Of a stretch of 64,000 nt of DNA, positions 27,685-40,290 are shown one piece after another; the stretch's first letter is position 1, and each line of letters starts with the position of its first letter. The DNA is from the human T2T-CHM13v2.0 reference genome, Homo sapiens, in assembly GCF_009914755.1 (NCBI RefSeq), contig NC_060947.1; one strand, written 5' to 3'. Both the position numbers and the translations under genes were made by a program. The notes beneath the pieces are model-generated. The model did not search any database. It had not been told where the DNA came from and was given only the letters and a program-made list of their open reading frames with translations.

Positions 27685-30600
27685 TTTTTTATTTTAATGT
27701 TTATAGATTTAGGGGTTTTGATACATGGACACATTGCATGGTAGTGAAGTATGTACTTTTAATGTAACCATCATGCAAACAGTACACATTGTACTAATTA
27801 GGTTATTTCTCATCCCTCACGTTTCTCCCACCCTCTCACCTTTCCAAGCCTCTATTATTCCTCTCTCTGTGTCCATATGTACACAATATTGAGCTTTGAT
27901 TTATAAGTGAGAAAATGCAACATTTGACATACTGTTTCTGAATTATTTTACTTAAAATAATGGCCTCTAATTCCACTTATATTGCTGCAAAAGACACAAT
28001 TGCATTATTTTTTATGGCTGAGTAATATTCCATGATGTATGTGTATATATACATATACATATACATATATATATATGTCTGTGTGTGTATATATAAAATT
28101 TTCTTTTTCCAATCATCCATTGATGGACATTTATTTTGATTCCATATCTTTGCTATTGTGAATAGTGTTGTGGTAAACATATGAGTGCCAGTATCTTTTT
28201 CATATAATGATTTCTTTTCCCTTATGTAGATGCCCAGTAGTGAGATTGTTGGATGGAATGGTAGTTCTATTTTTAGTTCTTAGAGAAATCTCCATACTGT
28301 TTTCAATGGATGTACTTCACCACCAACAGTGTATGAGTCTTTCCTTTTATTTGCATCCTCTTCAACATCTGTTATTTTTTGACTTTTTAATTATAGCCAA
28401 TCTGACTGGTGTAAATGACATCTCTTTATGATTTTAATTTCCCATTTTTCTGCTAATTAGAGATGTTGAGCATTTTTTTATATGCTCGTTGGCCATTTGC
28501 ATGTTTTCTTTTGCAAAGTGTTCTGTTGCGGGAAGTCAGGGACCCCGAATGGAGGGACAGGCTGGAGTCGCGGCACAGGAACATAAATTGTGAAGATTTC
28601 ATCTTAATATGGACATTTATCAGTTCCCAAATAATACTTATATAATTTCTTATGCCTGTCTTTAATCTCTTAATCCTGTTGTCTTTGTAAGCTGAGGATG
28701 TACGTCACCTCAGGACCACTGTGATAATGTGTTAACTGTACAAATTGATTGTAAAACGTGTGTTTGAACAATATGAAATCAGTGCACCTTGAAAAAGAAC
28801 AGAATAACAGAGATTTTTATGGAACAAGGGAAGACAACCATAAAGTCCAACTGCCTGCGAGGTCGGGCAAAAAGAGCCATATTTTTCTTCCTGCAGAGAG
28901 CCTATAAATGGACGTGCAAGTAGGAGAGATATTGCTAAATTATTTTCCTAGCAAGGAATATTAATATTAATACCCTGGGAAAGGAATGCATTCCTCGGGG
29001 GAGGTCTATAAACGGTCGCTCTTGGAATGTCTATCTGGCGCAGTTGTGATAAGGACTGAGATATGCCCTGGTCTCCTGCAGTACCCTCAGGCTTACTAGG
29101 GTTGGGAAGACTCCGCCCTGGTAAATTTGTGGTCAGACTGGTTCTCTGCTCTTTAACCCTGTTTTCTGTTGTTTAAGATGTTTATCAAGACAATACATGC
29201 ACTGCTGAACATAGACCCTTATCAGTGGTTCTGCTTTTGCCCTTTGTTCTGTTCCCTCAGAAGCATGTGATCTTTGTTAGACCCTTAGTAGTTCTGCTTT
29301 TTGTTCTTTGAAGCATGTGATCTTGGTGCCTACTCCCTGTTCTTACACCACCTCCCCTTTTGAAACCCTTAGTAAAAACTTGCTGGTCTGAGACTCAGGC
29401 GGGCATCACAGTCCTACCAATATGTGATGTCACCCCTGGCGGCCCAGCTGTAAAATTCCTCTCTTTATACTGTCTCTCTTTATTTCTCAGGGGCTGACAC
29501 TTATGGAAAATAGAACCTACATTGAAATATTGGGGGTGGGTTCCCCCAGTAGTGTTCGTTCATGTTCTTTACCTACATTTTAATGGGGTCATTTGTTTTG
29601 TTGTTGTTGTTGTTGTTGCTGCTATTTTTAGTTCCCTGTAGGTTCTGGATATTAGTCCTTTGTTGGACATATAGTTTACATTATATTTTTTTCCATTTTG
29701 TAGGTTGTCTATTCACCCTGTTGATTGTTTATTTTTCTGTGCAGAAACTTCTTAGTTTAGTTAAGTGCCATTTTTCTATTTTTGTTTTTGTTTTATTCAC
29801 CTTTCAGGTCTTAGTCATGAATTATTTGCCTAGACCAATGTCCAGAAGAGTTTTTCCTATTTTTTTCTAGAATTTTTATGGTTTCAGGTCTTACATTTAA
29901 GTTTTAATCTATGTTTAGTTAATTTTTGTATATGGTGAGATATATAGGTTCAGTTTTATTCTTTGGGATGTGGCTATTAGATTTTCCCAGCACCATTTAT
30001 TGAAAAGGGCATCCTTTCCCCAGTGTATGTTTTTGTCAACTTTGTTGATCAGTTGGCTGTAGGCATGTGGCTTTATTTATAGGTTCTCTATTATGTTCCA
30101 TTGATCTATGTGTCTAACTGTATACCAGTACAGAAGTGTTTTGTTTACTATTTCCTTGTAGTATAATGTAAAGTCAGGTAATATGATGCCTCCAGCTTCG
30201 TTCTTTTTGCTTAAAATTGCTTTAGCTATTCAGGTTCTTTTTTGGTCCCATATTAATTTTATGACTATTTTTCTAATTCTGTGAAAAATGATGTTGGTAT
30301 TTTGATAGAAATTGCATTGAATCTATAGATTGCTTTGGGAAGTATGGTCATTTTAACTATATTAATTCTTCCAATCCATGAGCATAGGATGTTTTTCCAT
30401 TTGTTTGTGTCATCTAAAGTTTCTTTCATGAGTGTCTTGTATACTGCCAGAATAAGCTTCATAAATGAAATATAAATAAAGCGTTTCCCAGACAAGCAAA
30501 CACTGAGGGTATTCATCATCACTAGACTGATTCTGCAAGAAATGTTCAAGGAAGTTCCAAACATAAAAACAAGATGTCAGCAGTCACCATCATAAAAACA

Positions 30601-31677
30601 CACAAAAGTATAAAACTCACAGGTCTTATAAAAACTTACACAAAAGAAGCTAAACAACTAGATAATTAACATAATGACAGGAACAAAATCTCACAAATCA
30701 ATATTAACTTTGAACATAAATGAATTAAATTCTCCACTTAAAAGGTACAGATTGGCAGAATGGATTTTAAAAGAAAACATGATCTGACCCTATGCTACTT
30801 GCAGGAGACACACCTTATTGATAGACACTTATAGAATGAAAGTAAAGAAAAATGAAGAGATATTTCATGGAAATAGAAACAAAAAGCAAACAGAAGCACT
30901 GGATTCAAATTGGACTTTAGATCAAATGGAGCTAACAGACATTTATAGAGCATTCTGTACAACAAACATAGGATATACATTCTTCACATCAGCTCATGGA
31001 ACGTTCTCCAAGGTGATAAACTGTATGTTAGGTCACAAAACAAGTATTAATAAATTTCAAACAATCAAAATCATACAAAGTATCTTCTTGGACCACAGTA
31101 GAATAAATTTTGAAATCAATTCCAAGAAGAACTCTTGGAAATTATACGAATACATGGAAAATAAACAACATACTCCTGAATGATTTCGTGGGCAATGACA
31201 AAATTAAGATGAACATTTAAATTAAAAAATAATAAAATATAACTCATTTGAAATGAATAAAAATGGAGGTACAACATACCAAAACAAAGAAGCACAGCCA
31301 AGAAGTGCTAAGAGGGAAGTTTATAACTTTAAATTCCTACATTGATAAAATAGAAAGATCAAAAATTAAAAACTAATGTCATACTTCAAGGAACTCAAAA
31401 CGCAAGAACAAAACAAACCCAAGAGAGCAGAAGAAAAGAAATAACAAAGATCAGACCAGAACTAAATAAAATTGAGGGCCAAATAAAAAATACAAAATGT
31501 CAGTGAAATGAAAGTTAATCTTTTGAAAACGTAAATTAAATTGAGAGACTGCTAGCTAGACTAACCAAGAAGAGAGAAGATTCAAATAAGCACAAATGAG
31601 AAGTGAAAAAGGGGACACTGCAACTGATACCACAAAAATACATAAGATCATCAGAGACTTCTATGCATATTTCTATG
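27685..31677 (-). mobile_element. L1 (PB/MA-type) with 5' inversion: antisense 3' part 27685-30441, sense ORF1-end/EN part 30442-31677
   Basis: Antisense 3'UTR/ORF2 runs to gagtgtcttgta, then sense gccagaataagcttcata...atcatcagagac. It is split by MER11. Confidence 0.85.
28524..29551 (+). mobile_element. MER11 solo LTR (HERV-K HML-8)
   Basis: Starts tgttgcgggaagtcagggacccc and ends ggttcccccagta. Perfect 6-bp TSD GTGTTC (28518-28523 / 29552-29557). Internal agaccctta...gttctgctttt repeats. Confidence 0.95.
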
Positions 31678-31682
31678 GTTAC

Positions 31683-31727
31683 ATTTATTTATGTATTTAT
31701 TTATGTATGTATTTATTTATTTATTTA
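31683..31727. repeat. (TTTA/TATG)n simple repeat
   Basis: Directly visible. Confidence 0.9.
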
Positions 31728-33956
31728 CTCCAAATGAAAACTTCATCATCATTCATTCAGTTACAATCATTATTCCCTACTCTCCAACCTACATTTATTC
31801 TGATGAGAGGTAACGTTACTACTCTGCGACCTGTCAATATTTTTCTAGCCTCTCTAGTACCTATAGTGTCCACTTTGTTCTTAAGACACAGGAACTCTTT
31901 CCTACTGTTGGTGAAAGTGAAGCTGGTGCCTGTGAAGTTCTTTCTGCTCGAGGTCTCAGGAGAAGGCTTTTAGATTTTTCCAGAAATAATAGAACACCAG
32001 TCTCTGTGTCTACCCATATTCCAGGAGACATGGGTCAAGTTATAACTGTAACTAACACAGCTTTGGTCGTACGACATCAATGAGAGTCTACTGAACCCTC
32101 ACATTTGGCTGAGGGTAAGGTAACTATGACAAGGGGTAATAAAATGGTATAGTACTCCTTATTATACTAGTAGCCATCTTAAAAGAAACAACTGTTTTCT
32201 TTTATGAGCAATTTATTCTGAATGTCTTCATTTCTTTTAAATGTTCTATAACGATCTGTCCATCAATAACCTTCACAATACTTGGTACTTGTCACCCACT
32301 ATCCTAAGAAGACAGCAAAAATGTCTACTTTGGTGCTTAAACACATGAGGAAATGAAACAGAATGAATGAGTATTCAGGCATTTCTGATTTCTCTATTTG
32401 GGCAATGGAAATATCTCTAAAGTTCTCAATGGGTTATTTATGTCATATTTCAAAAAGTTGCTATGGTTCTTTTTCCTGCAAATCTTCTGTCGATTATTCA
32501 TTCTTTCTTAGAGTATTTAGGGTGTACCTACTGTGTGGCAAGCTTGGTCTCCCATGATGGGGCTACAGTAGGGTATCTAGAGTCTCAAAATCAAGTAGGA
32601 AAGCAAAATATAAACAATTAAGTCTCTCCCAGAGTAAGGAAGAGGGTGAAAGAAATGCTATAGTAATACAAAATATATGTTAATTAAGCCTACTGAAGCA
32701 GCCAAAAAAATCTTCAGCACTGAGTAAGACTGACACCTAAGGTCAAACTTCAAGGAACTGACACTTCTCTTTATGTAATATTACTCCTCTGAAGTTCCTG
32801 ATATTTCCCTTGATGTGAATAAAAGCTGTGTTTTATGAAAAAAGTTTCATTCATCATTTTCTCTTTTTTTTTAGGTTCTCATGAGCACGTCATTTTCAAG
32901 AATTCCTTTTTTTTTCATATTTTTATCTATTTAGTCTATTTATATTCTCAGTTTTCTATCTTTAATTAGTTCAATTTCTGGGCCTGTAGTGAAGTTAATT
33001 ATATTGAGAATCTGTAAAACATATGGTTAGAAAAAAAGTTGCAGTAACGAGGAGTGACTTACTCCCCACTGCTGAATAAAGGCAACTGGTTGAATTTAAG
33101 TGTTCAGCAGACAGAAATACCTACTTCATACGTAATGAGATGCTACACAAAATGTCAAAGGCAGTGGGGAAAAAAAATGCAATCACTTGCTACTGAATTC
33201 CATGGATTCAACTTTAGGCTTGCAATGTTACTTTGAAGCACATGATATGAAGATTGCAGACTTCCTTTAAAAAAAAAACATTTTGAGCAGCTACATTTAG
33301 AATAATCAATAGTACTGGCAAGTGAATGGTAAATGAATTCTAGAGAAATTCTTTACAAATTGAGATTGTATTCCTAACCGAATGATAAATTCATATGTGT
33401 TTGGCAGGGGTTCGTAAATTATTGCTTCTTTCGTTTGTGGTTGGGGATGGGGCTCAGGCACTTTTTAATTCACTACCTAAGGCTGAGAGCTAGCTTTTAT
33501 TCCCTGATCTTCTTACAATTCAAACTCTCACTAGTGTCTCTATCTATCATCTGCCCCTAAAATGTCCCAGACTGCTGTTGAGGGCTCTGGCTGGTCTCCA
33601 ACAAGTAATTGAGAGTATAGAAAATAGAGGATGTAGAAATTACAGTGAATTTCAGGAAAAGGTGTTAAAATATTTTATTTAAAAGCCAAAAGTTCTCTGC
33701 TCTTCAGAACATATTCCAAATGTAAGGTGTTATTCTGATAACACACTGAATTGAACATAGCGGACTACTTATGATCTGTTGTTTGTCTGCCACTTAGACC
33801 AGTCTTGTACATCTGTGAAAGAATAGAAGTCCAAAGCGTGAGAAATTTATTTTATAAACATTCATGGCTAGAATAGTAGAGCCTTGGCTATACAGGCAGA
33901 TGGCATATTGCTCTAACAGTTCTTTGGTACATGCCAGGCACTGTGCTAAATGATTC

Positions 33957-34352
33957 TGTATTAGTCTCTTCTCCCACTGCTATAAATGACTATCTAAGAC
34001 AGGGTAATTTATGAAGAAAAGGGATTTAATTGACTCATATTTCAGCAGACTGTACAGGAAGCATGGCTTGGAGGCATCAGGAAACTTACAATCATGGTGG
34101 ACGGCAAAGGAGGAAGCAAGCAAGTCTCACCATGGCAGAGTAGAAGAGACAGAGAATGAAAGGGGAAGTGCTACACACTTTCAAACAACCGGGTTTTGTG
34201 AGTACTCTATCATGAGACGGCACTAGGGAGATGGTGCTAAACCATTAGAAACCACCCATAATCCAATCACCTCCCATCAGGCTCCACCTCCAACACTCGG
34301 GATCACAATTCAACATGAGATTTCAGTAGGGACACAAAGCCACACCATATCA
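33957..34352 (-). mobile_element. MSTA/THE1D-type solo LTR inserted in a MIR
   Basis: tgtattagtc...caccatatca. TSD gattc/gcttc. MIR sequence on both flanks (gccaggcactgtgctaa; catttaatc...cccatttacagaggaag). Confidence 0.9.
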
Positions 34353-34451
34353 GCTTCTCATGGGTTTTTTCATTTAATCTTTAAAGCAACCCTGTGATTG
34401 AGTCAGGCACTGCGTTCATTCCCATTTACAGAGGAAGAAGGAGGTTTGGAG

Positions 34452-34950
34452 TGTGCTGAATATTCTGCCTTTCCCTCCAGGTTCCCACTTAACCCTTCTC
34501 CACCTTGCTCTGTGACTGCAAAGGCTGATTACTATGAACTGCATCACCTGGAGCTCTTGCTCTAAGGTTCAGATTAGGTTTGGCTTCTAAGAGGCACCAG
34601 ATGGAGATTAGAGGCAGGAGGAGTAAGAGGTCAAGATCTTTATTCCATTATTTCCTCCATTCTGGGTGTAGTTTGGTATTGACTGTGTTCCTCTACTGAA
34701 TGCCACAGGTCCTCTCAGGTGGCTCTCTCCATACATCCATAACCCCTGCAGGATTCTGGTGATTACGCCCTCATCTTGCCCTTTCAGGCCAAGGCATAAT
34801 GAGGATTTTCTACTGTTTTTAACCAAGGACTTCAACAACATTTTGTGGTAATCACATACTTTAACTCTATCCATGCATTTATAAATAACTTTGTCTTAAT
34901 TTACTTTCAGATTCTCTTTTTGAGTGGCATCTGTTTTCTGCTGGACAGAG
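34452..34950 (+). mobile_element. ERVL LTR (LTR33-like)
   Basis: ctgcatcacctggagctcttgctct...ggtttggc...gaggcaccag...gaggcaggaggag resembles LTR33. Confidence 0.6.
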
Positions 34951-37520
34951 ATCACACAGCTAGAATATTATCTCACCATTTTATTTAGGTGCTTTATTTA
35001 GGTTGTAAAAATGTAACATAAAATTTACCTTCTTATCCACTTTAAGTCTATAGCTCAGTAGTGTTATGTATATTCTCATTGCTGTGAAACAGACCTCAAG
35101 AAGTTAGATTGCAAATCTAAAACTCTATACACATTAAACAACTCTCCTTTTCCCTTTTTCCCCAGCCCTTAGTAACCACAATTCCGCTTTGTTTCTATGA
35201 ATTTGACTACATTAGATACATCAATATTAGTACAACAATGTAGTATTTGTCTTTTGTAACTGGATTATTCCACTTAACATAATGTTCTCAAGATCTATTC
35301 ATGTTGTAGCATGTGACAACCTTACTACATTTTTAAGGTTGACTAACACTCCATTTTATGTAATACAACATTTTGTTTATCCATTCTTGAATAACAAGAC
35401 TGGACATTTGTGTTGCTTACATCTCTTTGCTCTTGTGAATAGTATTGTTTTGAATGCTGGAATACAAATATCTGCTTGAGACCCTTCTTTCAATTCTTTG
35501 GGTTACATACCCAGAAGTGAGATTTCTGGATCATATGTTAATTTTATTTTTAATTTTCCAAAGAACTTCCTTACTTATTTTTCTATGGTGGTTGCAACAT
35601 TTTCCACAGTGCTACCACAGTAGTAGAACTATTCCACTAACAGTACAAAAGGGATGCCGTTATTTGACATCATTGCCAGCACTTGTCATTTTCTATTTTT
35701 TTTAACAGTAGCAATTCTAAAGGGTATGAGGTGATACATCTTGTTGGTTTTGATTTATATTTCTCTCATGATTAGTGATGTTGAGCATCTTTTCTTATGC
35801 TTGTTGGCCATTCATATATCATCTCTGGAGAAATGTCTATTCAAGTCCTTTGCCCATTTTAAAATCTGGCTACTATTTTGTTGTTGTTGAACTGTAGGAG
35901 TTCTTTATATGTACTATGTATTCACTCTTTATCAGATATATGATTTGCAAATATTTTCTCCCATTTCATAAGTTGTTTTTCACTCTGCTAATTGAATCCC
36001 TTGATTCACAAGGGCTTCTAAGTTTGATGCAGTCCCATTTATCTGTTTTGCTTTTGTTGCCTCTGCTTTCAGTGTCATATCCAAGAAATAATTACCAAAT
36101 CCATTGTCATAAAGGTTTCCACGTGTGCTGTATTCTCGGAGTGGTACAATCTTAAGTCTTACATTTAGGTTTTTAACCTGTTTTGAGTTCATATTTATAT
36201 GGGATTAATATGAGTCCTACTTTTTTTTTGCATATGTTACCCAGCTTTTCTAACATCACTTGTTAAAAAGACTGTAATTTCTCCATTGAGTGGCCTTGGC
36301 AACCTGGCTGAACATCAGTGGATCACAAATGTGTGGATTTATTTCTGGGATCTCTATTCTATTCCATTGGAATATTTATATTTCTTTATGCCAGTACCAC
36401 AGTTTTAATTACTGTAGCTGTGTAATATGATCTGGAATCCGGAAGTATGAAGGCTCTAAATTTGTTATTCTCTTTTCAAAATTGTTTTGGATATTTGGAG
36501 TTACTTGATATTTTATGTTAATTTTAAGATTCATCTTTCTATTTTGGCCAAAAAAATGACATTGGGGTTTCAGGTGAGATTGAAGGGCTCCAACTTTGTT
36601 ATTTTGTTTTCAAAACTGTTTTGGATAATTGGAGTTTATTGATATTTCATGTTAATTTTAGGATTAATCTTTTAATTTTGGCAAAAAATGACATTGGGAT
36701 TTTGAGATTGAATTTAAACTATCAATCACTTTGAATATTATGGACATCATAATAATATTAAGTATTTCAATCCATAGGCATTTTATATCTTTCAATTTAT
36801 TTGTGTCTTCTTTAATTTATTTCAGCAATGTTTTATTGATTTTAGTGTACAAGTCTTTTATCTCTTTGGTTAGGTTTATTCCTAAGTATTTTATTTTTTA
36901 TATGCTATGATAAATATAATGGTTTTCTCAGTTGTATTTTCAGATTGTTCACTGTTAGTGAATAGAAATACCTGATTTTTGTGTTGATTTTGTTTTCTAC
37001 AAGTTTGCTGAATTCATTTATTAGTTTTAAGATAGTTTTGTAAAGTTGTTGTTTTTTTACCAGTAAGATCATGTATTCTATGAACAAAGTAATTTGACTT
37101 ATCCCTTCCCAACTTGGAGTCATTAATTAAGTAATTAATTAATCAATTTTGTTCACTTGCTCTGGCTAATACTTCCAATACCATGTTAGATAGAAGTGCT
37201 GACAGTGGGCATCCTTACCTTGTTATTGGTCTTCCAGAAAAAGCTCTTTATATTTCACTATTTAGTATGATGCTAGTCATAGACTTTGAGTAAGTGGGTT
37301 TTATTATGTTGAGGTAATTTCCTTCTATTTCTACTTTGCTGAGTATTTTTGTTATAAAAGCTTGTTATATCTTGTCAAATGCTTCTTTTCTGCATCACTT
37401 GAGAAGGCCATGTGTGTCCTCTATTCTGTTAACACAGTGTATTACACTAATTGATCTTCATAGATTGAACCATCTTTACATTCTAGGAATAAATTCCACT
37501 TGGTCAAGGTATATAATCCT

Positions 37521-37617
37521 TTATTATTGTTATTATTATACTTTAAGTTTTAGGGTACATGTGCACAATGTGCAGGTTTGTTACATATGTATACATGTGC
37601 CATGTTGATGTGCTGCA
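37521..37617 (-). mobile_element. About 95-bp L1PA (PA3-5-like) 3' end
   Basis: ttattatactttaagttttagggtacatgtgcacaatgtgcaggtttgttac. Confidence 0.9.
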
Positions 37618-38109
37618 TGTCCTGTTGAATTTGGTTTGTTAGTATTTCCTTGAAGATTTTTGCATTAATATTCTTTAGGAATATTGGTATGTAGCTTTCT
37701 TTTTTTGTAGTTTAATTGCCTGGCTTTGGTAGCAGAATAATTCAGGTCTCGTAGAATAAACTTAGAAGTTTTCCCTCCCTTTTTTTTTTTTTTTTTTTTT
37801 TTTTGCAGGTATCAGGATGAATGGTGTTATTTCTTTAGTAGAATTCTGCAGGGAAGCCATCTGGTCCTGGATATTGCTGGGAGGTTTTTGATTACTGATT
37901 CCATCCCTTTACTCATTATTGGTTTGTTCATATTTTCTATTTATTCATGGTTCAGTCTTGATAGTTTGGGTGTCTAGTAATTGCTGGTTTTTTTTAGATT
38001 ATCTGATTTATTGGCATACAGTTCCTCATATATTCTCTTGTTAGATTTTTTATTTTTATGGCATCAGTCATCATGTTCTCCTCTTTTCATTTCTGATTTT
38101 AGTTACTTG

Positions 38110-39319
38110 TTTCAATCAAGAAAAATGACAGAGATGCTACTTACCCATAAAAAGGACCGAAGTAATGGCATTTGCAGTAACCTGGATAGAATTGGAGACT
38201 GTTAATCTAAGTGAAGTAACTCAGGAATGGAAAGCCAAACATTGTACGTTCTCAGTCAGAAGTGGGATCTAAGCTATGAGGACATAAAGGCATAAGACTA
38301 ATACAACGGTGTTTGGAGACTCAGGTGAAGGGGTGTAAGGGGGTGAGGGATAAGAGTACACATTGGGTACAGTGTACACTGCTCAGGTGATGGGTGCATC
38401 AAAATCTCAGAAATCACCACTAAAGAATCTATTCATATACAAAAATTAATTAATTAATTAGTTAAAAAATAACTGATCTGCTGTCACTCTAGATTATATT
38501 TGTCTTTTTTGGAGTTCCACATAAATGGAATCATACAATGTACTATTTTGTGTCTGATTTCTTTCACTCAGCATAGTTTTACGATTTAACCATGTAGTTA
38601 CAGATATCATTCCTTGTTATTGTTGAGTATTCCATTGTAGAGATACACTACAATTTGTTTATTTGTTTATCTATTAATAGGCATTTGAGTTGTCTCCAGT
38701 TTGGGATTCCTACAAATAAAGCTGTTAAGAACATTAAAAAAAAATGACCGGGAAAAATTTCAATCATTTTAGGAGGTTTACTTGTCAAAGTTAAGGACGA
38801 GCACTGGGGAGACAGGCCTATGCCTTTCTCTGAAGCTGATTTTGAGGGCTCCAAATTTAGAGGGGAAAATATTGAGAAATACACAATTTTCATGTAAGAG
38901 GAGGGCGGGGGAAAATAGTCATTCATGCCTTTGTCTGGTTCAGTGAATGCATTTTTGCATAAGATAACATAGACAATAGGACAGGGGTAATAATCAGATA
39001 TACATTTGTGTCAGGTAGGCAGGGGGATGACACATAAATTAAAATCTTTCCTTTGAGTTCTGTCCTATGAACGTGTAAAGATAAGCTATTAATTTACTTT
39101 GCCATGGTGAATTTTTACAGACATACTTTAAGATAAACATCTTGGAGTCCACTAGGAATTTCCTTGTGGGCAAAATATGAGGGAGGTATGTAGCTTTTAA
39201 TCTGTAGCCATCTTATTTAGGAACCAAAAGGGAATGCAGGTGTGCATAACCCAGTTTTCAGCTTGACTTTTCCTTTGGCTTAATGAGTTTGGGGTCCCAA
39301 GATTTATTTTTCTTTCACA
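38110..39319 (-). mobile_element. MER4 (MER4A-like) solo LTR, itself interrupted at 38135-38739
   Basis: caatcattttaggaggtttacttgtcaaagttaaggac...ggggtcccaagatttatttttctttcaca. 4-bp TSD CTTG at 38106-38109 and 39320-39323. Confidence 0.8.
38135..38744 (+). mobile_element. L1PB 3' end (38135-about 38445) plus about 290 bp of transduced flank and A-tail
   Basis: L1PB 3'UTR (gtaactcaggaatggaaagccaaac...aaatcaccactaaagaa). An antisense old-L1 piece follows. AATAAA at 38715, A9 at 38736-38744, TSD aaaaatgacagaga / aaaaatgaccggga. Confidence 0.7.
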
Positions 39320-39459
39320 CTTGAATTTTCTCTCTTTTATTCTTAGTTAATCTAGATGAAAGTTTGTCAACATTGTTGATCTTCTCACAAAACTAACTCT
39401 TAGTTTTGTTGATTATTATCTATTCTTTTACTATTCTCCATTTCATTTATCTTAACTCA

Positions 39460-40290
39460 TATTACAGGCTAAAACTAATGCTGATGAGAATGTGGAGAAA
39501 GGGGAACCCTTGTACATTGCTGGCAGGAATGTAAATTAGTATAACCACTATGGAAAACAGTAAATTAGTACAGCCATTATGGAGGTTCTCAAAAAACTAA
39601 AACTAGAACTACCATATGATCCAGCAATCCCACAGATAGGCATATATTCAATAGAAAAGAAATCAGTATATCCAAAAGATATTTGCACTCCCATGTTTAT
39701 TGCAGCACTGTTCACAATAATTAAGATACAGATTCAACCCAAATGTCAATCGATGGATAAATGAATAAAGAAAATATGGTATATATACACAATGGAATAT
39801 TATTCAGGCATAAAAAATAACAAAATTATTTCATTTGAAACAACATGGATGGAACTTTTCACAAATAAGTGGAAACTGAAAAAATTGAATTCCTGGAGGT
39901 GGAGAGTAAAATCATAGTTATCAGAGGCTAAGAAGGATAGTGGGGAGGGGGCAATAAAGAAGCAATTGTTAATGAATACAAAAATATAGTTAGAAGTTAT
40001 AAGATCTAGTGTTCAGTAGTAAAATAGGGTGACTGTAGTTGACAGTAATTTATTTTGTGTTTTCACATAACTATAAGAATGGTATGGCAATGTTTCTAAC
40101 ACAAATAAATGATAAATGCTTGGGATGGTGAATGATAAATGCTTGGGGTGGTGAATACCTCAATTTCTTTGACTTAATCATTGCACATGGTATGCTTGCA
40201 TCAAAATATCACATGTATCCAATAAATGTGTAGAACTAGTATGTGTCCATAATTATAAATAAAAATAAATGAACAAATAAAATGTAAAAA
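39460..40290 (+). mobile_element. L1MA 3' end
   Basis: gaatgtggagaaaggggaaccctt...ataagatctagtgttcagtag...A-rich tail. Contains a 23-bp tandem duplication near 40108-40156. Confidence 0.85.

Larger units (their letters stand above)
34990..39455 (-). mobile_element. L1MB-type element, antisense, interrupted at 37521-37617 and 38110-39319
   Basis: 3'UTR aacataaaatttacc... then ORF2 antisense. The sequence ttttagttacttg at 38097 resumes as cttgaattttctctc at 39320. Confidence 0.85.

Noticed and set aside
32180-32290. Minus-strand peptide VPSIVKVIDGQIV resembling a keratin tail motif
   Set aside because: The match is too short, is bounded by stops, and has no other keratin sequence nearby.
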